Of a stretch of DNA of 64,000 nucleotides, positions 48,003 to 59,504 are shown one piece after another (the stretch's first letter is position 1; each line of letters begins with the position of its first letter). This stretch comes from Phoronis australis (taxonomy: Eukaryota > Animalia > Phoronida), in assembly GCA_002633005.1 (NCBI GenBank), contig NMRA01000299.1:479108-543107 (forward strand), written 5' to 3'. The position numbers and the translations under genes were made by a program. The notes under the pieces were generated by a model, which saw only the letters and a program-made list of their open reading frames with translations, did not search any database and was not told the DNA's origin.

Positions 48003-51000
48003 AGGCCTCCAGTGGCCTCCAAGGTCTCCAGTGGACTCCGGTGGTATCCAATGGTCTCCAGAGGGTTCCAATGATCTCCAGTGGGCTCCAGTGGCCTCCA
48101 GTGGCCTCCCGTGGCCTCCAGTGGCATCCTGTGGATTTCAGTTGCCTCCAGTAGGGTCCAGTGGCTTCCCGTGTCCTCCAGCGGCCTTCAATGGCCTCCA
48201 GTGGCATCTGGTGGGCCCCAGTGGCCTTCAGTGGCCTCCCATGGTATCCAGTGGCTTCCAGTGGGCTCCAGCGGCCTCCATTGGGCTACAGTGGACACCA
48301 GTGGACTCCAGTGGCTTCCAAGGGAATCCAGTACGCTTCAGGGATAACTAGTGGCCTCCACTGGTCTCCAGTGGCCCCCAATGCCCTTCAGTGGCCTCCA
48401 GTGGCCTCCAAGGGCCTCTAGTGGTCTCCAGTGGCCTCCATTGGAATCCAGTGATCTCCACTGGTCTCCAGTGGCCTCCAATGCCCTCCAGTAACCTCCA
48501 GTTGCCTACAGTGGTCTCCAGTGGCCTCCAGTGGAATCCAGTGACCTCCAGTGGCCTCAATTGGTGTCCAGTGGCCTCCAGTGGCATCCAGAGGCTTCCA
48601 GTGGCCTCCAGTGACCTCCAGGCGCCTCCAGTGGATTCCAGTGGCCTCCGGTGCTCTTCAGAGGCCTCCAGTGGTCTTCAGTGGCCTCTATTGGTCTCCA
48701 GTGGCCTCCAGTGGACTCCAGTGGACTCCAGTGGTAGTGGTCTCCAGTAGCCTTCAATGGTCTCCACTTGCCTCCAGTGGTCTCCAGTGGGATCCAGAGT
48801 ACTCCAGCGGCGTCCAGTGGCGTCCAGTAGCCTCCAGGGGCCTCCAGTGGCTTCCAGTGGGCGTTAGTGGGCGCCAGTGGGTTCCAGTGGGCTTCAGTGT
48901 GCTGCAGTGAGCTCCAGTGGCCTCCACTGACCTCCAGTGGCCTCCAATTGCCTGTATTGCCCTGCAGTGGACTCCAGTGGAATCCAGTGGCCACCAGTGA
49001 CATCCAGTGGCCTCCAGTGGATATCAGTGTCCTCCAGTGTCTCCAGTGGCCTCCAGTGGCCTCCAGTAGATACCAGTGTCCTCCAGTGTCTCCAGTGGCC
49101 TCCGGTGGCTTCCGGTGAACTCCTGTGGCCTCCGGTGACCTCCGGTGGCCTCCGGTGACCTCCGGTGGCCTTCAGTGGTTTCTAGTGGCCTCCAGTGGCC
49201 TCCAGTGGACTCCGGTGACCTCCACTGGTCTCCAGTGGCCTCCAATGCCCTCCAGTGGCCTCCAGTGGCCTCCAGTGGTAGTGGTCTCCAGTAGCCTTCA
49301 ATGGTCTCCACTTGCCTCCAGTGATCTCCAGTGGGATCGAGAGGACTCCAGTGGCGTCCAGTTGCGTCCAGTGGCGACCAGTGGCCTCCAGTGTCCTCCA
49401 GTGGCCTCCAGTGGCGTTCAGTGGCCTCCAGTGGCCTTCAGTGGCCTCTAGTAACCTCCAGGGGCCTCCAGTGACCTCCAGTGTCCTCAAAGGGCCTCTA
49501 GTTGCCTCCTGTGGTCTCCAGTGGCATCCAGTGTCCTCCAGTGACCTTCAGTGGTCTTCAGCGGCCAAGAGCGGCCTCCACCGAACTATAGTTGCCTCCA
49601 CTGGCCTCCACTTGTCTCCAGTGGCCTCCAGTGGCCTCCAGTGGCCTCTAGGGCCTCCAGTGGCCTCTGGTGGTCTCCAGTTAGTCCCCACTGTACTCAA
49701 AGGGCCTCCAGTTACCTCCAGTGGCCTCCACTGGCCTCCAGTTGCCTCCAGTGGTCTCTAGTGGCCTCTAGTGGCCTCTACTGGCCTAGAGTGGCCTCTA
49801 GTGGCCTCCAGTGACATCCAGTGTCCTCCAAAGACCTGCAGTGTCTTCAAGGGGCCTCAAGGTGCTTCCAGTGGCATTCAGGGGCTGCTATTAACCTCCA
49901 GTGGCCTCCTTTTGTCTTCAGTGGCGTCCAGGGGCCTACTGGAGGCAAAAGGAGGCAACTGGAGGCCACTGTAGACCACTGGAGGAAACTGGAGGCCACT
50001 GGAAGCCAATGAATACCACTGCGATCCGCTGCAGTCCGCTTCAGTCTACCGGAGGACACCAGAACCACCGGAGGCCACCGGAGACAACCGGTGGCCGCTG
50101 GAGGCTTCCTGTCTTGAGTGGGCTCTCGTTTCCTGCAGCAGCCTAAAGTCGTCTTCAGCGCCCTCCAGCGGATTCCAGTGACCTCCATTGGCCTCTAGCA
50201 GCCTCCATTGGCTCCAGTGGCGTCCATTGTCCTCCAGTGGCCTCCAGTGGACTTCAACGGTCTCTAGCGGCCTCAACCGAACTCTAGTATCCTCCAGTGA
50301 CCTCTAGTTGCCTCCGCTGGCCTCTGGTGGCCTCCAGAGGCTTCCAGTGACCACCAGTATCCTCAAAAGTCCTCCAGTTGCCTTCAGTGGTCTGCAGCGG
50401 CCTCCAATGTCTTCCGGTGGCCTACAGGTGCCCGCAGTGGCCTCCAGTGGCCTCCAGTGGTCTCCACTGGCCTCCAGGTGCCTTCAGTGGCCTCTAGTGG
50501 CATAGAGTGGCCTCCAGTGGCATCCAGTGGCCTCCAAAGACCTGCAGGGTCCTCAACGGGACTCCAGGTGCCTCCAGTGGTCTCCAGTGGCATCTAGGGG
50601 CCGCCATTGACATCCAGTGGCCTCTTTTTACCTCCAATGGCCTCCAGTAGGCCCCTGGAGGCCCCCGGTGGCAACTAGAGACCACTGGAGGCCACTGGAG
50701 TCAACTGGAGGACTTTTGAGGACACTGGGGGTCACTGGAGGCCACTGGAGGCCACCGGTGGCAACTGGAGGCCACGCAAGGCCACTGGATGCCATTGGAG
50801 TCCAATGGAGGCCAAAGGAAGCCAATGAATGCCACTGGGAGCCGCTGCGGTCCGCTTCAGGCTACCAGAGGACATCAGAACCACCGGAGGCCACCGGAGG
50901 CCACCGGAGACCACCGGAGGTCACCGGAGGCCAAAGAGGCCACTGGAGGCCACTGGAGGCCACTGGAGGTCACTGGAAGCTACTGGAGGCCACGGGAGGG

Positions 51001-54000
51001 TAGTGGAGGTCACTGGAGGCAACTGGAGAACACCGGATTCCCCAGGGGCCACTGGAGGCCACTGGAGGCCACTGGAAGCCACTGGAGGTCACTGGAGGCC
51101 ACTGAAGGACACTGAAGTCCACCGGAGAACACAGAAGGCCACTGGAGGTCACTGGAGGCCGTTGAAGGTCGCTGAAGATTACTGGAGGTCACAGGATGAC
51201 ATTGGAGGCTACTGGTGACCACTGGAGGCAACTGGAGGCTACTGGAGAACACTGGAGGCCACTGGAGGCCGCTGGAAGCAACTGGAGGCCACTGCAGGCC
51301 ACTGGAGTCCACTGAAAGCCACTCTAAGCTACTGGAGGCCACTGTTGCCCACGGGAGGCCACTAGAGGACACTGGAGGCCACTGGAGATCACTGGGAAGC
51401 CTTTGAAGCCACTGGAGGCAAGTGGAGGCCACTGGAGACGAGAGGAGACCACCGAAGATCACCGAAGGCCACTGCAGGTCACTGGAGGCCAACGGAGGCC
51501 ACTGGAGTCCACGGGAGGCCACGGGGATCCCTTTGAAGTCACTGGACGCCATTGGAGGCCACTGAAGACCCCCGGAGAACAGCAAAGGCCACTAGAGCTC
51601 AGAGGACACCACCGGAGAACACCGAAGGCCACTGGACGACACTGGAGGCCACTGGAGGTCGGAGGAGACCACCGGATCGGAGAACACTGAAGGCAGTGGA
51701 GACCATTGTAGTCCACTGGAGGCCACTTGAGACCACTGGAGGCCGCTGGAGGCCGCTGGAGGCCGTTGAAGGTCACTGAAGATCATTGGAGGCCACTGGA
51801 GGTCACTGTAGGGCAGTGAAGGACACTGGAGGACAGTGGAGAACACCGGAAGCAAATGAAGGCCACTGGAGGCAACTGGAGGTTGTTGGAGGCCACTGGA
51901 GGCCACTGGAGTCAACGGGAGGCCACTGGAGTCAACGGGAGGCCACTGGAGGCGAATGGAGTCCACTGGAGGCCACTGAAGGTCACTGTAGACCATTGGA
52001 GGACACTGGATTCCGCTACATGACACTGGAATCCAGTGAAGGAAAGTGGAGGCCACTGGAGACCAAGGAATGCCTTTGGGATCCTCTGCGGTCCGCTTCA
52101 GGCTACCGAAGAGTATCGGACCCGCCGGAGGCCACCGGAGGTCATTGGAGGCCACTGGAGGGTACTGGAGGCCACTGGAGTCAACTAGAGAACTTTGGAC
52201 GCCCCGGGAGGTCACTGCAGGCCACTTGACGCCACTGGAGGCCACTGGGTGCCACAGGAGAACACCGAAGGCACTGGAGGTCAAAGGAGACCACCGGAGA
52301 ACACCAAAGGCCAGTGGAGGACACTGAAGGGTAATGGAGGCCACTGGAGGTAACTGGAGAACACTGGAGGTACCGGGAGGCCACAGGAGGCCACTGGAAG
52401 CCTTTGGAGGCCACTGGTGTCCACCGAAGAACACAGAAGGCTACTGGACGACACTGGAGGCACTGGAGGCCCTGGAAGTCACTGGAGGACACTGGAGGCC
52501 ACTGGAGGACACTGGACGCCACTGAAGGCCCCTGGAGGCCACTGGAGCTTACTGGAAGCCGCTGGAGGCCACTCGACGCCACTGGAGGACACTGGGCGCT
52601 ACTGAAGAACACCGAAGGCCACTGGAGGTCAAACGATACAACCGGAGAACACCGAAGGCAACTGGAGGACACTGGAGGGTACTGGAGGCCAGTGGAGGAC
52701 ACTGGAGAGCACTGGAGATCCCGGGAGGCCACTGGAGGCTACAGCAGGCCGCTGGAAGCCACTAGAGACCACTGGAAGCCACTGGAGGCCCTGGAGTCCA
52801 CCGGAGAACACCGAAGGCCACTGGAGGCCCTTAGAGGTCAGTGGAGGCCACTGGAGGTCGCCCAAAGTCACTGGAGGCCACTGGAAGTTACTGAAGAACA
52901 CCGGATTCCAGTAGAGGCCACTGGAAGCCACTGGAGGCCATTAGAGGCCACTGGAGGACAATTAAGGCCCCTGGAGTGCACTGGAAGCCACTGAATGCCA
53001 CTGGAAGCTACTGGAGGCCAGTGGAGGCCACTGGAGGACACTGAAGACGAGAGGAGACCACCGGAGATTACCGAAGGCCACTGGAGGCCGCTGGAGGCCA
53101 CTGGAGTCCATGGGAGGCTAACTGAGGCCACTGTAGGCCGGTGGAGGCCACTGGGATACCTTTGAAGTCACTGGAGGCCATTGGAGGCCACTGGAGACAC
53201 CCCGGAGAACACCGAAGGCCACTAGAGGTGAGAGGAGACTACCGGAGAACACCGAAGTCCACTGGAGGCCACTGGAGACCCCCGGAGAACACCGAAGGCC
53301 ACTAGACGTGAGAGGAGACCACCGGAGATCACCGAAGGCCACTGGAGGCCACTGGAGGCCACTGGAGGCCACTGGTGACCAGTGGGGGACACTGGAGAAC
53401 ACCGAAGGCCACTGGAGGTCAAAGGAGACCACCGGAGAACACCAAAGACCACTGAAGGACACTGGAGGCCACAGGAAGATACTGGAGGCTGCTGGTGACC
53501 ACTGGAGGCCACTGGAGGTCACCCAAAGCCACTGGAGGCCATTGGAGGCTACTGAAGAACACTGGAGGCCAGTAGAGGTCACTGGAATCCACTGGAGGCC
53601 ATTGGAGGCCACTGGAGGCCACTTTTAAGTGGCCTCCAGTGGCCTTAAAAGGCCCCTGGAGTGCACTGGATGCCAATGGAGGCAACTGGAAGCCACTGAG
53701 GGCTACTGTAGGCCACTGAAAGCCTCTGGAAGCCTCTGGAAGCCACTGGAAGTCACCGGCAGCCTCTCGAAGCCACTGGAAATCACTGGAAGCTACTGGA
53801 GGCCACGGGAGGACTCTAGAGGTCACTGGAGACGAGAGGAGATTACCAGAGATTACCGAAGGCCACTGGAAGCCACTGGAAGGCACTGGAAGTCACTGGA
53901 AGCCACTGGAAGCCACCGGAAGCTACTGGAGGCCACTGGAGGCCACGGGAGGGTACGGAAGCCCACTGGAGGCCATTGGAGTCCAAAGGAGGCCACAGGA

Positions 54001-57000
54001 GGCCACTGGAGTCTACTGGAGTCCGCAGGAGGCCACTGGAGTCGATTGGAGTCCACTGGGGGCCACTAGAGGTCACTTTAGACCATTGGAGGCCACTGGA
54101 TTCCACTACAGGACTCTGGAAGCCAGTGAAGGAAACTGGAGGCCACTGGAGGCCAATGAATGCCTTTGGGATAAGCCGCGGTCTGCTTCAGGCTACCGGA
54201 GAGTACCGGACCCACCGGAGGATAGCGGAGACCACCGGAGGCCATCGGAGGTCATTGGAGGCCATTGGAGGGTACTGGAGGCCACTGGAGTCAACAGGAG
54301 AACTTTGGACACCCCGGGAGGCCACTGGAAGCCACTGGAGGCCACTGAAGACCACTGGGGGCCAGTGGAAAACACCGAAGACCACTGGAGAACACATGAG
54401 GCCACAGGAGGTCAGAGGAGACCACCGGGGAACACCGAATGCCACTGGAGGACACTGGAGGCCACTGGAGTCCACTGGAGGCCACTGGATGCCACTGGAG
54501 GCCACGGGAGGCCACTGAAAGCTACTGAAGGTCACTGTAGGCCACAGGAGGCCACTGGAAGCTACTGGAAGTCACTGGAAGCCACTCGAAGCCGTTGGAA
54601 GCTACTGGAGGCCACGGGAGGCCACGAGAGGCCATTGGAGGCCACTAGTGTCCACTAGAAGTCAAGGGAGAACACTGGAGGCTACAGCAACCCACTGGAG
54701 GATAATGGAGACCATTGGAAGTCACGTAAGGCCACTAGAGGCCACGGGAGGCCACGGGAGGCCACTGGAAGCCAATGAATGCCACTAGGACCCGCTGCAG
54801 TCTGCTTCAGGCTACCGGAGGACACCAGAACCACCGGAGGCCACGGGAGACCTCCGGTGGTCAGCGGAGGCCACTGGAAGCCAAAGGAGGGCACTGGAGG
54901 CCACTGGAGGTCACTCAAAGCCAGTGGAGGCCACTGGAGGGTATTGGAGGCCACTGGAGGGTATTGGAGCCCACTGGAGGCAACTGGAGAACACTGGAGG
55001 CCCGGGAGGCCACTGGAGGCCACATGAGACCACTGGAGGGCACTGTAGGCCACTGGGAGCCATTGGAGTCCACTGGAGGCCACTGGTGACCACTGGAGGC
55101 CACTGGAGGTCACCCAAAGCCACTGGAGGCCACTGGAGGCTACTGAAGAACACTGGAGGCCAGTAAATGCCACTGGAATCCACTGGAGGCCATTAGAGGC
55201 CACTGGAGGCCACTTAAGGCCCCTGGAGGCCACTGGAGTGCACTGGATGCCACTGGAGGCAAATGGAAGCCACTGGAAGCCACTGGAAGCTACTGGAGGC
55301 CAGTGGAGGGCAAGGGAGGCCACTAGAGGACACTGAAGACGAGAGGAGACCACCGGAGATCAACTAAGGTCACTGGAGGCCATTGGAGGCCACTGTAGGC
55401 CAGTGGAGGCCACTGGGATCCCTTTGAAGTCACTGGAGGCCATTGGAGGACATTGGAGAACCCCGGAGAACACCGAAGGCCACTAGAGGTGAGAGGAGAC
55501 CGCCGGAGAACAGCGAAGGCCACTGGACGACACTGGAGGCCACTGGAGGCTACTGGAGACCATTGGAGGCCACTGGAAGCCAAAAAAACCACGGGAGAAC
55601 ACCGGAGACTACTGGAAGCCACTGGAAGCAACTGGAAGCCAGTGGAGCTCATTTAAGGCCACTGGAGACTACTGGAGGCAACTGGAGGCTACTGGAGGCG
55701 ACGGGATATCACTGGAGGCCGCTGAAAGCCACTGGAAGCCAGTGGAGGTCCATGGAGGAAACTGGAAGCCACCGAAGGCCACTGAAGGCCACTGTAGGCC
55801 ACTGGAGGACAGTGGAAGCCACTGAAAGCCACTGGAAGCCACTAAAAGCCACTGGAGGCCACTGGAAGTCTTGGGAGGCCACGGAAGGCGACTGGGTGCC
55901 ACTGGAGGTAAAAGGAGACCACCGGAGAACACCGAAGGCCACTGGAGGATACTGGAGGCCACTGGCGTCCAGCAGAGAACAACGAAGGCCACAGGAGGAC
56001 ACTCGAGGCTACTGGTGAAGACTGAAGGCCACTGGAGGTCACCCAAAGCCACTGGAGGCCACTGGAAGTTACTGAAGAACACCGGATTCCGGTAGAGACC
56101 ACTGGATGCCACTGGAGGCCATTAGAGGCCACTGGAGGACACTTAAGGCCCCTGGAGGCCACTGGAGTGCACTGGAAGCCACTGAACGCCACTGTAGGCC
56201 TCTGGAGGCCACTGGAAGTCACTGGAAGCCACTGGAAGCCACTGGAAACCACTGGAAGCTACTGGTGGCCAGTGGAGGCCACGGGAGGCCACTGGAGGAC
56301 ACTGAAGACGAGAGGAGACCACCGGAGATCAAGTAAGGTCACTGGCGGCCATTGGAGGCCACTGTAGGCCAGTGGAGGCCACTGGGATCCCTTTGAAGTC
56401 ACTTGAGGCCATTGGAGGACAATGGAGAACCCCCGGAGAATACCAAAGGCCACTAGAGGTGAGAGGAGACCGCCGGTGAACACCGAAGGCCACTGGACAA
56501 CACTGGAGGCCACTGGAGGTCGGAGGAGACCACCGGAGAGCACCGAAAGCCACTTGAGGTGAGAAGAGACCACCGGAGATCATCGAAGGCCAATGAAGGC
56601 CACTGGAGGCCACTGAGGGACACTGGAGAACACCGAAGGCCACTGGAGGTCAAAGGAGACCACCGGAGAACACCAAAGACGACTGGAGGACACAGGAGGT
56701 CAGAGGAGACCATCGGAGAAAACCAAAGGCCACTGAAGGTCACTGGAGTCCACTGGAGGCCACTGGACGACACCGGAGACCACTGTAGGCCACTGGAGTC
56801 CACTGGAGGAAGCTTAAAGCTACTGGAGGCGATTGGAGGTCACTGGAGGCCACTGGAGGCCACGGGAGAACACTGGAGGCTACTGGAAGCCACTGGAGGC
56901 CACTGGATCTCACTGGAGGACACTGGAGTTCATTGAAGGTCACTGGAGACTGGAGGTTACTGGAGACAACTGGAGGCCACGGGAGGACACTGAAGGCCAC

Positions 57001-59500
57001 TGGAAGTCACTGGAAGGCCTCTGAAGGCCACTCTATGCCACTGGAAGACACTGGAAGCCACTGGAATGTACTGGAAGCCACTGGAAGCCACTGGAAGCCA
57101 CTGGAAACCACTTAAAGCCACTGGAGGCCACTGGAAGCCATGGGAGGCCACTGGAAAACACTGGAGTTCACTGAAGGCCACTGGAGGCTACTGGAGGCCA
57201 CTGGAGGTGGTACACTGGAGAACACTGAAGGCCAGTGGAAACCACCCGAAAACAATGGAAGCCACTGGAGGTCCATGGTGGCCACTGAACGCCACTGTAG
57301 ACACTGGAGGCCAGTCGAAGCCACTGGAAGCCACTGGAGGCCACTGGACGCCATGGGAGGCCCCGGGAGACCACTGGAGGCCACTGGAGGCCACTGGATG
57401 ACTTCTGAGGCTACTGGAGACCGCTGGAGGCCACTGTAGGCTACTGGAGTGCGCTGCAGACCACTGGAGGCCACTGAAGGCTACTGGAGTCCACTGTATA
57501 CCACAGGAGAACACTGGAGGCTACTGGAGGCCACTGGATGCCACTGGAAGCCTCTGGAGGCCAGTAGAGGCCACTGGAGTGCACTGGAAACCATTGGAGG
57601 CAACTGCAAGCCACTGAAGGCCACTCTAGGCCACTGGAGGCCACTGAAAGACATTGGAATCCACTGGAAGTCACTGGAAGCCACTTGAAGACCACTGAAA
57701 GTCACTGGAAGGTACTGGAGGCCACTGGAGGCCTCGGGAGGCCACTGGAGGCCACTGGAGGTCACTGGAGGCCACTGGGGGCCATTGGGGGCCACTGGAG
57801 AACACCGAAGGCCACTGGAGGTCGAAGGAGACCACCGGAGAACACCGAAGGCCACTAGAGGCCACTGGAGTGCACTGGAAACCATTGGAGGCAACTGCAA
57901 GCCACTAAAGGCCACTCTAGGCCACTGGAAGCCACTGAAAGACATTGGAATCCACTGGAAGTCACTGGAAGCCACTCGAAGACCACTGAAAGTCACTGGA
58001 AGGTACTGGAGGCCACTGGAGGCCTCGGGAGGCCACTGGAGGCCACTGGAGGTCACTGGAGGCCACTGGGGGCCATTGGGGGCCACTGGAGAACACCGAA
58101 AGCCACTGGAGGTCGAAGGAGACCACCGGAGAACACCGAAGGGCACTGGAGGACCCTGGAGGCCACTGGAGTCCATTAGAGGAGACTGGAGGTCACTGGA
58201 TTCCAGTGAAGGCTACTGTNNNNNNNNNNNNNNNNNNNNNNNNNNNNNNNNNNNNNNNNNNNNNNNNNNNNNNNNNNNNNNNNNNNNNNNNNNNNNNNNN
58301 NNNNNNNNNNNNNNNNNNNNNNNNNNNNNNNNNNNNNNNNNNNNNNNNNNNNNNNNNNNNNNNNNNNNNNNNNNNNNNNNNNNNNNNNNNNNNNNNNNNN
58401 NNNNNNNNNNNNNNNNNNNNNNNNNNNNNNNNNNNNNNNNNNNNNNNNNNNNNNNNNNNNNNNNNNNNNNNNNNNNNNNNNNNNNNNNNNNNNNNNNNNN
58501 NNNNNNNNNNNNNNNNNNNNNNGGAGGCCACTGGAGGCCACTGGAGGCCACTGGGAACACTTTGAATCCACTGGAGACCACTGGAAGCCACTTAAGGCCC
58601 CTGGAGGCCAGTGGAGTGCATTGGAAACCACTGGAGGCAACAGGAAGCCACTGAAGGACCCTCTAGGCAACTGGAGGCCACTGGAAGCCAGTGGAATCCA
58701 CTGGAAGCCCCTCGAAGCCCACTAAAAGCCACTGGAAAGTACTGGAGGCCAATGGATGCCACGGGAGGCCACTGGAGGCCACTGGAGGCCACTGGGGGCC
58801 ACTGGAGAACACCAAGGCCACTGGAGGCCAGTAGAGTCCATTGAAGGCGACTGGAGGCCACTGGAACCCACTGAAAGCCACTGGAAGCCACTAGAAACCT
58901 CTGGAAATCACTGAAAGTCACGGGAGGCCACTGGAGGTCACGGGAGAACACTGGAGGTTACTGGAAGCCACTGGAGGTCACTCGAGGCCACTGGAGGCCA
59001 CTGGATCTCACCGAAGGCCACTGGAGGCCATTGGAGGCCACTGGAGGCCATTGGAGGCTACTGGAGACCATTTGAGGCCACTGGAGTCCACTGGAGGCCA
59101 AGGGAAGAAAAGGACGCCGCTGGAAACCACTGGAAGCCACTGGAAGCCAGTGGTCGTCCATGGAGGCCACTGGAGGCCACTGGAGACCACTTTAGGCCAC
59201 GTTAGTCCACTGGAGGCCACAGGAGAACACTGGAGGCTACTGGAAGCCACTGGAGGCAACTGGAGAACACTGGAGATCCCGGAAGGCCACTGGAGGCCCC
59301 GGGAGTCAACAGGAGGGCACATAAGCCTACTGGAGAAAACTGAAGGCCACTGGAGGTCATTGACGGCCGTTGAAGACTGTTTAAGACTACTGGAGGCCTC
59401 AGGAGGACATTGGAGGCTACTGGTGACCACCTGAAGACCACTGGAGGCCACTGGAGGTCACTGGAGGCCACTGGAAGCCACGGGGGGCCACGGGAGGCTA
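48003..59500. repeat. Degenerate 10-bp satellite, consensus GGAGGCCACT, in mixed orientation blocks
   Basis: Hundreds of decamers. Reverse orientation (CTCCAGTGGC) at 48003-49935 and ~50150-50650, forward at ~49936-50105 and from ~50652. Confidence 0.97.
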
Positions 59501-59504
59501 CGGG

